Shown here piece by piece: positions 38,001 to 45,369 of a DNA stretch of 64,000 nucleotides (its first letter is position 1; each line of letters begins with the position of its first letter). The position numbers and the translations under genes were made by a program. The stretch is from Pseudomonadota bacterium (GTDB lineage: Bacteria; UBA10199; 2-02-FULL-44-16; DYJF01), in contig JBDRBB010000006.1 in assembly GCA_043823065.1 (NCBI GenBank), positions 128,001 through 192,000 on the forward strand. The letters are read 5' to 3'. The notes under the pieces are model-generated. The model made no database searches and was not told the origin of the DNA. It was given only the letters and a program-made list of their open reading frames with translations.

Positions 38001-40419
38001 CCATTAATCTTCTCACTGGCTGGCCAATCAAAACACCTCTACCCCGACCTGTGGTGCCGGCAACTCTGGCCAGGCCTTGGCCAAATCTACCCAGGTTGAT
38101 AGCCCGGCCTAACCAGCTAACTTGTCGCAATCTTAATAATTGTAAACCTAGACAAACTTCACTTACCACTGCTGCAGCAATAACTTCTGAAGCCAAAGCT
38201 GTGACTGCAATTAAGGAAAGATGCAGAGCAAACTGATGCAACTCTTGAGCATCTTGGCCAACTCTAACTTCTGCCTGAATTGCCTGCATTGCTGGATGAT
38301 TACTCACAGCTTGCAAAAACTCCTGCTGCTGCCTGGGATCTTGCAATCTTTCTGGAAGTTGATTGGCCCTAGCCATGGCCTGTACTCTACTTACTAGCTC
38401 AAATACTTCATCTCTAGTGCGACACTGGCTTAAGTTTTCTGTGTAGTCTGGATTTAACAAGTCCTCTGGATCAACAGCTAAAGGAGAAAAGTTTTGATCA
38501 GGAGAATTGTTGGCCAGATTTCTTAAGCGCTCAGTTGTGCGACCAGATAAAAAAGCAAACTGACTCCGCACGCTTCTGCCCCACCTGGCTTGATTACTTC
38601 TGCTGGCGCGACTAAAGGCTTCACCTAAACCTGCCAGCCTTTGCTCAAAACTTTCTGTTCCAGCAAGTCTTGAAAGCTGGGGAAGTCTTTCGGACAAATA
38701 ACTTAAACTCTCTAAAAACTCCCCATCTACTTGGGATTCTGGCTGATCACTGTTTATCACCCTGGCTAAATTAGCAAATGCCTCATCTATTCTTGGTCGC
38801 TCTGAGCTGCGCGCCAAACCTAAAATACGCTCATCTTGAAAAGCCTCTGCAAAAATAATAGCTGAAGCCAAAGGCAAGGTAGCCTGCTCTAATCTATCTA
38901 ACTCTTCTGCGCTATATCCTTGAATTGCTGAAGCATCGGCAAGACACAGAAAAATTATATCGGTTTCAATATTGGAAGAATTGGCAGATATTTGCGCCCA
39001 TTGCTCATGCAATCTACCAGCCCGAATTGCTAAAACTTGGGGCCGAATTTCAGTTATTAATTCTGGTAATCTAGGCGATATTGTTTCTTGAGCCAGTAAA
39101 TTTCTTAACTCTTCTACTTGCGTTTGTAGCTCTGGATTATCCTCAATTACAGCAAGATATTGCTCTGCATGAGCTCTTACCACACCTGGCTCAGATTGAG
39201 CTGCCCGCTGCAAGGCTTGCTGCGCTTGTTCTAAATCACTACTTTCTTCTATATTTTCACTAGTCAGTAGTTGCGCGCAAAACCTGCGCAAGTGAGTTTG
39301 AGCTAAACAGTAATCATCTGTTGAAGCTGAATTTGGAGATTGCTCTAAACTTTCGGCAATGTTGGCCAGCACTTCTTGATACTCATGATAGACTTGAGCC
39401 CTCTGAAATCTGGCCTGGGCTTGAATTAATAATTCCTGATTTTGCTCAGCAATGGCTTGCTCAAAATTAGCTCTGGTCTCTTGCACATAGACTTGCCATC
39501 TATTGCCATATGCTTGCTCGCTTAAATTTTCTAGCTCTCCTAAAGTTTGCAGCAAAGAATAAGCAGAAAAGAGCTGGGTTCTTAATTCCTCTGATCGCTC
39601 AAATACATCCTCTCCCTCACTATGCAAAAGATCTCTGCTCTGGCCAAATATTTGCCACAAGCTAGTAGTTGCATTTGCATCTAAACTCGCAAATTCAGCT
39701 AAGTGATTCAGGCTTTCTACCAGCAGGCTTAGATTTCTAAGCAAATGATCTGCTACTTGGGCTGCCCTTAAACCTTCTGAATCTGAATCATTCTCCCCAT
39801 AATTTTCCAGACGGACTAAAAGCTGATCTACAACAAAGGTGAGCTCTGCTCTTATTTGCTGGCGCTGGGCGTCACTAAAATTATCTCCTGCTAAAGCGCG
39901 ATTTACCTCATCTGCTTGTTGTAAAATTTGGCTGGTTATTTCTAAGCGGCCTTCTATATCCTCAGCAGTGGTAACCAAGGCCCTTCTTTCCTGCGCTTGT
40001 CTGGCCAGGGGAAACTGCTCCTGCACCCTAGCTAGTTCCCGATTCCAGTGCCGATTATATCTACTCATTCTGTCTCTGGTTTCCTCTGAACTAAATGAGG
40101 AGGTAGCTGAAATAAGTTGAGTTATTCTTCTGGTAAAAGCTTGTTTTTGAATTAAATCTTGGGCAAAGCTTTGGGGATCAAACAATGCTCCCTGAACCTG
40201 ATCACTGTTTAGCAAATTTTGTCGGAAATTTATTGAAGAGGCCTGGCCGGTTATTCTAACCAACTCATTGGCTGAAACTATTTGAAAATTAGATTCAGGC
40301 TCTGGTATTTCATCTATCAAATCCAGATCATGCGCGTAATCAGCTATCCATCTTAAAGTTTCATTATGCGGATCGCGCTGCAAAAGAGAGCTAAAAATGT
40401 TAGTTAGGAAATTTGGCAT
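29020..40419 (-). CDS. Giant (3799 aa) Lys-depleted multi-domain protein, candidate multi-effector toxin
   Basis: Uninterrupted 11.4-kb ORF. Helical N-terminus, Gly/Ala hydrophobic segment, Rossmann/methyltransferase-like and CheD/CNF1-like motifs, Ser/Pro linkers. About 13 Lys. ORF is secure; function is inferred. Confidence 0.8.
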   Translation of the reverse strand: MPNFLTNIFSSLLQRDPHNETLRWIADYAHDLDLIDEIPEPESNFQIVSANELVRITGQASSINFRQNLLNSDQVQGALFDPQSFAQDLIQKQAFTRRITQLISATSSFSSEETRDRMSRYNRHWNRELARVQEQFPLARQAQERRALVTTAEDIEGRLEITSQILQQADEVNRALAGDNFSDAQRQQIRAELTFVVDQLLVRLENYGENDSDSEGLRAAQVADHLLRNLSLLVESLNHLAEFASLDANATTSLWQIFGQSRDLLHSEGEDVFERSEELRTQLFSAYSLLQTLGELENLSEQAYGNRWQVYVQETRANFEQAIAEQNQELLIQAQARFQRAQVYHEYQEVLANIAESLEQSPNSASTDDYCLAQTHLRRFCAQLLTSENIEESSDLEQAQQALQRAAQSEPGVVRAHAEQYLAVIEDNPELQTQVEELRNLLAQETISPRLPELITEIRPQVLAIRAGRLHEQWAQISANSSNIETDIIFLCLADASAIQGYSAEELDRLEQATLPLASAIIFAEAFQDERILGLARSSERPRIDEAFANLARVINSDQPESQVDGEFLESLSYLSERLPQLSRLAGTESFEQRLAGLGEAFSRASRSNQARWGRSVRSQFAFLSGRTTERLRNLANNSPDQNFSPLAVDPEDLLNPDYTENLSQCRTRDEVFELVSRVQAMARANQLPERLQDPRQQQEFLQAVSNHPAMQAIQAEVRVGQDAQELHQFALHLSLIAVTALASEVIAAAVVSEVCLGLQLLRLRQVSWLGRAINLGRFGQGLARVAGTTGRGRGVLIGQPVRRLMERTVMTPIFTASNLWLPGQIGLAPEFQFQGNWDVFVVRSVFTFGLFNAVGAAGQGYHRVANAFLRGARPTTSLGRFGLGAGWFGTETAVFTGYGLGELSADALIQGVPSDVIWNDLLTSEVIRDRSLHAVATLAGLRGAGIFTRPISHSFRARLGSGARNALMRNSTRTRDIVDELNELVRQSNQGQRLDQERYQTLRNEIVRLAQEQLNIYEQLHAVGNISDAHLGQVELATRRIEFAEQVRQLRARQLSQALTLAEETQLISAAQRLVEIEAQQHDMLQSFGADPAQVRAARDAHLLAQADLEVIRTESRLQRDWHEVEAELANLNQLFASTNRLSNSDQTRFLELTQRATDLAQEYRTFLENSGEQGRLEYVNRRAQQNLEAALEPQILFLRNAITASAQRVRDLYEQDQNLDSEITPDGVEVIGNTPRLREMVRLQDQVASQADRMEYLLRQADQRGLVSAEQLEEARNFLAGIRNRSSQLLNIAHAEPGSRQPAPPSPNNIHAPGILGRSENRANVVVHPDGRVSEETGSIPANPSEVRFTANERPSGLRAVITSCDYRGMSQEYLLSIVDQVESRLDPSVEGRGPILSSFDGWVSFRTVAYVDPTMPLYTGDIFDRLINYGDRALIMGAGEGRDVRLFCCMGAEREQFVLADINDQFLPKSFKRLIFDMHRDWPEDIGQFPFIFFPGSVLGLHHDEQFNVKDGSWGQLQTGEILELDYVAREAEGVYRLLNRAIEHLTEQGEIRLTVRALLLSDEEIGMENTDHILRRIMDENPGVTAGRDGYVIWVRNGSEPEALSEATLYDQLNSMVEILEISGSISLSGNIGIDQGIRRRVLQRLQIERPDLDIVCGLEGADDHIHIVRGASLPPDLQVIRNIEAGLSGQNLAAALRLINDVVVDFGSNSQTELRPDQQFRVMHRFAELVGERILYLTPEGIETDDPDLRSIDVYNIMRLIWIHARQAYTALVDQEAQITEQNIAQMARIHDVYMRALNYYRFEQRVNLEALPGGLDELISDILTAGLEAKAYYESVGLDEAAAEVEDFLRQVLIVEDRISPGIQNSQDRTTRLQLLTDLFRVIQKNIDPNLLNQESAVDIFSVLNLLNLSLAPEARVDVNLLGLDQEHLLPAIQRFVNALVDRCAELAQANDQSTLEALILRLEGFSSSGSSSPPASSNGSPLPSPASGPGLGGPSLSSLSGFSVFDPQPITQVVYDARGGSFLDPLGDRLPFFRLGESENPTPPGTRDFSTASLAVRTLAGNYQIILNAGAVEEAWNQLVEQASGLLLRGERGSGDLLRAILDHRYPPSSARNPEAWYFILDIDSVSAKNVLRIPGTGIGSFYLEATGHNYALPAYLREVVRVLQQRTNLAFFSSADEMRNNPFVEELFGPGIPTYSRNATYLPMVGLKDLRVPVFAERWRMPPSLAVEILRRVDRIFSANKNVLVEESPQLQEFLAALGLENLAEFPRDTARLPAVMVDDQPGVIHQIANVLPSQMSDFGLSYEELLREPTPERLQEFLQAQFHLVRILGELIRAQEIAQAEGSNVFDVLPAVHAEQSQRHDREIYASALAAMGVEIGEADVYHQLQDFLFTRGLARPADGTPYYTPWARIISRPFPGVNNLLRLTDPLAPNTISGTDGMGWLILAGIPEGRIAGDYCLYCTEIRIKARGRNILALAHLPLTGSNVGAFNDEFVEVLVALSDLGVNLSEARVHIVYGLGERTERNMPPGLEAAEVIASYGLQIATLGPILPEEIAQYDIANARLLWSLPPRYQQRLQLLDRIFELIHGYLENNNDDTRLCTSAQVLEEISNRLPGYLNAQISFPESSISGNLTDDVRQDLAILRGQRELLINYLPRSFLTDIISRLSAQPPSNFRISDLGTLQVQRILEIAEHLIQEQDPFLNLNVMQVFVSLNEHLLEPWQCPDDGQPAISHLTAFWRYLAQHQEELAQQVPGDVLTRSIRVLGSAGYDSGTPLPISVSSTPPPAVYPTPLPPADQSFGLPEYSPLGIILGHLGAREVPHEFAPGQALFAQADWPVTYVFGLTPETGLDQVRDNEHHIVGVDMLATPALESRADASMLYVDARFLSPADRVVVANPRDELIETAAAIAQSEVVIMGDPTVRSREFWIDYLRGMGFEISEQRENDIIRQFFPDRLPSHLRPTWVIRAIRSEANDPNEDTDPEIVLAPDELEVIVRQEDPNSLIGIPLVALRGNAEVAARVASTIPDQATVNSILAALAAFEFHPDFEVTFDYRTTVEGREGRVGEYYQRGFDGSFAFLIHHQGREVMVVSFNIGDNAIYVNQIQNTRRTGNNWMRSLPQPRREMVLSSLRNAFPGYDIYLVDGESLATRVRDEYHEYDDNLPKEVYDRIVSFYNTPLQGMQRDAGVTAADGFRYNRISFAQDTAPVQDLISRLEQTGVHFRYYPGGLVEPNLPIILVVGPRTPAEPTFLALAPNFTSYYHVLGVELDPESPTAENPPIGYNSDMIEMTIEDAEQRSYSMVLMDVRELPKGFAQIALAFNPSSDEVIESLIETVLPGGEVLFTIDDIITRGRAEWRQYLEQRGFTVYIDRSSQNSRIEELIRATGARSDRLEVVRYSVNDIIYAVRDRGNNSSSSLPPNESNSGNSGAGPVSGHGFSAAPTSIHMVPPLPLAEPSGVLAVVDLPAARPRPEQVIDVGGLLAVGNSYGADDVGDDAFVEPGTYLQMCARCLGSFLRYVRPNFAGARTRFPDNAQGRALFDSARRFIASMPLVGYTPSSELAQVGYEDPVVPMPIWGDPRDANYLSPGRPIEFNSLEIALTALGVKPLSTTAAASSFELMDESDRLYLLEQAGLEMFVDPDSTRYRYTVYDPDVLSPLLSIYSGNSVYPDQVGETLQRMWTQYPHYFYGYPQPMPRADQNIYMVQVGSQGLVGRRMIQSGRLTFSVEDPEMVADRLPDWAAAAALVDEMRGLPPSVESFARIPGYLEVRVRRQPNGEWEFTDAFQSLPANPGDE

Positions 40420-40431
40420 AAAGACTAATAC

Positions 40432-40460
40432 TTATCGCAGCTTAGATAGAAAAGTTGCTA
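40432..40460 (-). promoter_or_regulatory. sigma28-like promoter motif, copy 3
   Basis: Minus strand TAGCAAC-N14-TGCGATAA, 12 nt before ATG 40419. Confidence 0.65.
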
Positions 40461-40475
40461 AAAAAAACCCTTATT

Positions 40476-40600
40476 AAGGGGACGTTTCCCCCCTTAGTAA
40501 CATCTTGATATTAAAGGCAAAAAAAGGGCGACTTGATTTTTTCCAGTCGTCTTTTATTCGTTAATTAATCTAATAAGTTAGCTAGGGGGGAAACGTCCCC
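40476..40600. repeat. Small element bounded by inverted GGGGACGTTTCCCCCCT repeats
   Basis: 40478-40494 is the reverse complement of 40584-40600; a third copy is at 56431-56450. Confidence 0.7.
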
Positions 40601-42631
40601 AAATATTAGTTCAGCAAGGTCGTAAACTTGAAGATTTTGGGCGTTTTTTTCCTTAATGGCATCTTCCAGCATGGTTAGGCAGAAAGGACAGGTTGTGGCC
40701 ACGATCTTGGCTGAAGTTTTTTGGATATCTTCCAAGCGTTTATGATTAACCCGGGTACCTATATTCTCTTCCAACCACATCCGTCCACCACCAGCACCGC
40801 AACACCTACCAAAATCCTTACTCAAATCCATCTCCTCTAATTCAAGCCCAGGAATGGCCTTAATAATATCCCGGGGCGCCTGGTAAATATTATTATAGCG
40901 GCCTAAATAGCAGGAGTCGTGAAAGGTGATAGTAGTGTTGTCATTCTCGCAAAGGCGGGAATCCCCTTTTTCCCTCTGGATCCCCGCTTTCGCGGGGATG
41001 ACACCTGGAGCGGGGATGACACCTGGAGCGGGGATAACACCTTTCGCAATTAAATTAGCAAGTAATTGACTATGATGAATCACTTCATAGTTGCCACCAA
41101 ATTGGGGAAACTCATTTTTAATCGTATTAAAACAATGCGGGCAAGTGGTGATAATCTTTTTCACGCCATATTTATTGAATGTGGCAATATTTTCTTTGGC
41201 CAACATTTGAAATAAATATTCATTACCCAAGCGCCTGGCTGAATCACCTGTACACTTTTCCTCAACACCTAAAATGCCAAAACTTACTTTTGCTTTTTGC
41301 AAAATTTTTACCAAAGCCTTGGAAACTTTTTTGGCACGGTCATCAAAAGAACCAGCACATCCTACAAAATATAAATATTCTACATTAGGATCTTCAGCCA
41401 AAGTTTTTACCCCAAGATCTTTGGCCCAATCTGCCCTGGTTTCATAACCCAAGCCCCAAGGGTTAGAATTGGTTTCTATATTTTTTAAAGCAGTTTGCGC
41501 TTCTTTAGAAACTTCACCTTTCATCAAAACCAGGTTGCGCCGCATATCCACGATCTTATCCACATATTCAATAAACACTGGGCAAACTTCTTCACAGGCT
41601 CGGCAAGTTGTGCAGGACCACAATACTTCAGGCTCAATTGGCTTAGGCACTAAACTAGAAAGATTTTGCGGGGATCTAATAATTTGTTTGGCGTTTTCAA
41701 AAAGTTGATCTCGCAAATCTAAGATAAACTTTTTAGGAGAAAGTGGTTTATCTGTGGCCCAAGCAGGGCACTGATCTTCACACCTGCCACATTCTGTGCA
41801 ACTATACATATCTAAATATTGCTTCCAACTAAACTCATTAATTTTTTCCACGCCAAAACTTGTAGCTGATTCCTCTTCCAAATCCATTTTGGAAAGTGCG
41901 CCATAACTAGTTAGGCGCCTCAAAAAAACATTGGGAATGGCTGTTATAATGTGAAAGTGTTTGCCATAAGGAAGATAGTTTAGAAAAACCAAAATGCCTA
42001 TGCAGTGAATAAAATAATTAAGCACATAAAAAGTATAAAACGTATTTACTGACCAGCCACTTTCATGAAAAAGTTTTCCCACAAACCAGGCCACCGGCAT
42101 CCAATAAGCATTGGCCGGCGCTTCAGCAGCAATAATCGCTCCCTCCATCAAAAAATCAGTGATCATTAAAATGGCAATGGCAATTAAAATAAAATTTGCT
42201 TCCCAGGAAATAGTTAGGCGCTTGGGTTTAATAATCAAACGTCTGTAAAGAAGCGCGCAACAAGCAACCAATACCAAGAGTTCAAAGATATCTTTACTAA
42301 GATTATATAGATCACCCCAGATACCGGTCATTAAAGGCAAGGTAAAATAAGGATCAAAGGCTTGGCCAAAAAGAATAATGGTTCTAGCGGCAACTGTTAA
42401 AAATCCCCAAAACACAAAAGCATGCATCAGGCCCCAAAATTTTTCCCGTTTAAACAGCAGCCGGAACTGGCCAAAGGCATAATTCCAGGTGGTCCAAATT
42501 CTGGTCCACAAATGATCAAAGCGTTTTTCTTTTCCTTTGGCCCTTAAAAGCAGCAAAAACCGGCGGTAGGCGCTCCAGGTAAAAACCAGGAGGCCTATCG
42601 CCAAAATTATTGCCATGGGAATGGGAAACAT
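40565..42631 (-). CDS. FadF-like membrane Fe-S oxidoreductase (heterodisulfide reductase-related, CCG domains)
   Basis: N-terminal TM region, CTECGRC..CP and CTTCRAC..CP ferredoxin motifs, CPHC, HDSCYLGR, CCGAGGG, CPFC. Confidence 0.9.
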   Translation of the reverse strand: MFPIPMAIILAIGLLVFTWSAYRRFLLLLRAKGKEKRFDHLWTRIWTTWNYAFGQFRLLFKREKFWGLMHAFVFWGFLTVAARTIILFGQAFDPYFTLPLMTGIWGDLYNLSKDIFELLVLVACCALLYRRLIIKPKRLTISWEANFILIAIAILMITDFLMEGAIIAAEAPANAYWMPVAWFVGKLFHESGWSVNTFYTFYVLNYFIHCIGILVFLNYLPYGKHFHIITAIPNVFLRRLTSYGALSKMDLEEESATSFGVEKINEFSWKQYLDMYSCTECGRCEDQCPAWATDKPLSPKKFILDLRDQLFENAKQIIRSPQNLSSLVPKPIEPEVLWSCTTCRACEEVCPVFIEYVDKIVDMRRNLVLMKGEVSKEAQTALKNIETNSNPWGLGYETRADWAKDLGVKTLAEDPNVEYLYFVGCAGSFDDRAKKVSKALVKILQKAKVSFGILGVEEKCTGDSARRLGNEYLFQMLAKENIATFNKYGVKKIITTCPHCFNTIKNEFPQFGGNYEVIHHSQLLANLIAKGVIPAPGVIPAPGVIPAKAGIQREKGDSRLCENDNTTITFHDSCYLGRYNNIYQAPRDIIKAIPGLELEEMDLSKDFGRCCGAGGGRMWLEENIGTRVNHKRLEDIQKTSAKIVATTCPFCLTMLEDAIKEKNAQNLQVYDLAELIFGDVSPLANLLD
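40939..41041. repeat. REP-like palindromic element inserted in frame within the FadF-like gene
   Basis: TGTCATTCTCGCAAAGGCGGGAATCC...GGATCCCCGCTTTCGCGGGGATGACA plus 18-bp tandem copies; encodes GVIPAPGVIPAPGVIPAKAGIQREKGDSRLCEND. Confidence 0.85.
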
Positions 42632-42648
42632 GATTTAATGAGAATAAT

Positions 42649-42680
42649 AAAAAGCCAGTAGGTTGTAAAGCTACTGGCTT
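42649..42680 (-). terminator. Intrinsic terminator
   Basis: AAGCCAGTAG/CTACTGGCTT stem followed by a T-run on the minus strand, just after the stop at 42700. Confidence 0.7.
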
Positions 42681-42699
42681 CAATTATCACATTTCCCTG

Positions 42700-43677
42700 C
42701 TATTCTTCTAAACCTTGTTGTTGCTGATTTCTAATTCGCTCTTGTTCCTGGTTGTATTCCTGATCTGGATCATGGCAGGTAACGCTTGTTGCTCCAAAAT
42801 CTCTAACTGTGAAACCCCAATTATATTCTTGAGCCAAAGGCTCTCCCAAAGTATTTAATATACTTTCAGAGTCTGCTGGAACAACCACTGTAATCTGAGA
42901 GCCAAGCTCAAATCCTCCGCTTGGCAAAAATTTCACTATATATTCTGTTATTCCGGATTCCTGATCTAACACTTCTTCGTAAATGAATATGCCTTCAACC
43001 AGAGACCCATCAGCATCTGTAATGATAATTGTATTCTCATTAATTGTTGCCTCATCAAGGGCCTGACTAAATACTATTTTGATTGGCCTGCAAGGAGCAA
43101 CCAATTGATGTCCATCAAACGGTCTGACTTTCACAATGGAAAAAACTGTAGGATCATAAGCTGCGCAACTTTCCAATTCTGCGAAATCACAATCTGGACC
43201 CAAAGCAGATCTAAAACCATTTCTACCCAATCCTTCTTGGTCACCTTGCATTATCATATAACCATTTTTATACTGCATTTGCCCTAAATCAAGGTCTTCA
43301 CCTTGTTCCAATCTAAACGCTCTTTCACCATTAACCTCTAAGTGAGACTTAAGCTCACCAACATTGTTATAAAAACCTATCATCCAAGTGCCAGCGCGCA
43401 ATCTGATCTGCCACCTGTTATTGGCTCTAGTAAGTTCACCATTTTCCCCCTCACCTAAAGTATTCATTGCCCTGATGCTGCAGACTGTATCTATACAATC
43501 AGCCTCGTTTTCTGCTGGCTGCACATTTGCTGATTTTAACACCAAACTACTTTCGGCAGTAATGATCTCACCAGATATTAATCTAGTGGTTGCATCTGTG
43601 GTATTATCGCTGGCTAACCCACAGCCAGCTAAGACCAGAACTACACCAAACATAATTGTTAAAATTTTATATTTCAT
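42700..43677 (-). CDS. Lipoprotein with C-terminal Ig-like (Big_5-type) domain
   Basis: Lipobox LAGC; P..G...V....IKIVFSQALD.....WGFTV pattern; AAGGAGG RBS before ATG 43677. Confidence 0.72.
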   Translation of the reverse strand: MKYKILTIMFGVVLVLAGCGLASDNTTDATTRLISGEIITAESSLVLKSANVQPAENEADCIDTVCSIRAMNTLGEGENGELTRANNRWQIRLRAGTWMIGFYNNVGELKSHLEVNGERAFRLEQGEDLDLGQMQYKNGYMIMQGDQEGLGRNGFRSALGPDCDFAELESCAAYDPTVFSIVKVRPFDGHQLVAPCRPIKIVFSQALDEATINENTIIITDADGSLVEGIFIYEEVLDQESGITEYIVKFLPSGGFELGSQITVVVPADSESILNTLGEPLAQEYNWGFTVRDFGATSVTCHDPDQEYNQEQERIRNQQQQGLEE

Positions 43678-43785
43678 AAAATCCTCCTTATTTAACCTGC
43701 AGTGCTGTTTATAATAAATTTTCATGAGCACCTCCTTTCAAGACTATTGTACAACAAACCTGTGACAGAGGCACCTGAAAATAAT

Positions 43786-43812
43786 AAAAACCGCATTCAT
43801 ATTGAATGCGGT
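43786..43812 (-). terminator. Intrinsic terminator
   Basis: ACCGCATTCA/TGAATGCGGT stem plus TTTTT on the minus strand. Confidence 0.65.
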
Positions 43813-43897
43813 CTATTTCTACAACTATTTGATTTACTTGATTTTTTATTAAATTAATTTATTAAAATATGTTGATTTTGACTTTATATGTACTTCA

Positions 43898-44359
43898 TCA
43901 TTGTCCCTGCCTCATTTGCTGCCTTGGTTCATTTTCTGGCCTAAACTCGCCATTTTGGCGAGTTACCAAACCCATATCGATAACTTCGCCTCCGGGTTGA
44001 TTAAAATCTATCTCTAAACGATTACTGCGATTACCCTGGTCATCTTGCTCAAAACTAAATGCCCCAAGATTTTGAAAAGCAAAATATACATATAATGAAT
44101 AGTAATACCCAACTGGCACGCTTAAATTAAAGAATCCTTCCAAATCTACTTCAGAGGTAAATTCAGTTAAATTCTCATCAATGGCTTTAACAACCACCAA
44201 ACCTGTATCAACCTGAGCTAGATCAGCATCAAGACTAGCCAGGTTTAGCTGACCGGTTAAAATCACAGTGCCTGTAGGATTACCCACATCAGTTAATCCG
44301 CCGCAACCTGCAAATTGCAGCAATAACAAACTTAAAAATATGAGAACAATTTTTTTCAT
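43898..44359 (-). CDS. Hypothetical lipoprotein
   Basis: Lipobox FAGC followed by GGLTDVGNP; directly downstream of the TIGR02147 gene. Confidence 0.7.
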   Translation of the reverse strand: MKKIVLIFLSLLLLQFAGCGGLTDVGNPTGTVILTGQLNLASLDADLAQVDTGLVVVKAIDENLTEFTSEVDLEGFFNLSVPVGYYYSLYVYFAFQNLGAFSFEQDDQGNRSNRLEIDFNQPGGEVIDMGLVTRQNGEFRPENEPRQQMRQGQ

Positions 44360-44361
44360 AA

Positions 44362-45204
44362 TTATTCCTTTAATTTGGTTAAACGAAATAATTGTATTCC
44401 TAACTGATATACTTCATCATCATTATTTTTGACTGTTCTGTTTTCAAAATAATTTATAACTTGCTTTCTAAAATCATTAACCAAAGCTGTTATTTCCACA
44501 ACATCTTCTGGCCCGCAAGAAAACGTCAACCCAGCAAAATTACGTTCCTCTGGTTTTTGTTTGTGCAAAGCATCTTTAGCAGCTTCCAGCATTTGTTCAT
44601 GATATAAATAGACAGCAGCTTCTAAAGATTCTGGGCCGGTTGATACTATATTAGATGTTTGCTTCAAATATCCGCTTTCATCATATTTTAATAAATCTAA
44701 TTCTATCAGTTTTTTAATAGCTTCTTTAATCTGCTTGGGTGTTAAACCATTACCAATACGCTTTGCTAAAAATTGAGGGTCTGGCTTAAAATCTTTGGTG
44801 GCAGCCAATTCCCGCAAAACAGGAAAATACCATTTGGTAAGATATTCATATTGATTGTGTTTAAGTGTTTCATTGTATTTTTTAAAAAACAAAGAAATTT
44901 CCTGTAAATACCTAGTTTTAGACTCTGAAGTGTTAGCTTGATTAAATTTTACCAGTAATTCAAAATATTTTTTTTCGCGCAGCTTTAATTTCAAAATCTT
45001 GAAAAAAATCGGCAAAGTTGACTCTGTAATATTTCTTTTGCCCTGAATAATTAACTGCAATTGATTGGGAGAATGTAAACCTCCCCATCTGGAAAAGGCT
45101 CGAAAAGAAAAAGCTTCATTGGTCTGCTTCATCCAGTCATACCAGTCTTTAAGATAGGCCCGATAATTATCGTATTTGAAGATATTTGGTTTGGCCATAA
45201 TCAC
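44362..45204 (-). CDS. TIGR02147 family protein (HTH + DUF4423-like)
   Basis: IFKYDNYRAYLKD, FSFRAFS, GKRNIT, WYFPVLREL, VYQLGIQLF. Confidence 0.85.
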   Translation of the reverse strand: MIMAKPNIFKYDNYRAYLKDWYDWMKQTNEAFSFRAFSRWGGLHSPNQLQLIIQGKRNITESTLPIFFKILKLKLREKKYFELLVKFNQANTSESKTRYLQEISLFFKKYNETLKHNQYEYLTKWYFPVLRELAATKDFKPDPQFLAKRIGNGLTPKQIKEAIKKLIELDLLKYDESGYLKQTSNIVSTGPESLEAAVYLYHEQMLEAAKDALHKQKPEERNFAGLTFSCGPEDVVEITALVNDFRKQVINYFENRTVKNNDDEVYQLGIQLFRLTKLKE

Positions 45205-45322
45205 CTCACTAGCTATATTTTCTCACATCCCATACTAATATGATATAGAAATTTTGAATTTAGGGCATTCAAGTTGAATACATCAACCTATTCATAACTA
45301 TTCAAAATGATTCATTTAAAAT

Positions 45323-45354
45323 AAAAACCCGGCATGATTTATGCCGGGTTTTTT
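45323..45354 (-). terminator. Intrinsic terminator
   Basis: AAAAACCCGGCAT...ATGCCGGGTTTTTT. Confidence 0.8.
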
Positions 45355-45369
45355 GTTAACTCATATTAT

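Noticed and set aside
43723..43767. ECF-type promoter (TGTCACA-N15-AGTC) and a second in-frame RBS/ATG upstream of the Ig-like lipoprotein
   Set aside because: Single imperfect instance; cannot be distinguished from chance.
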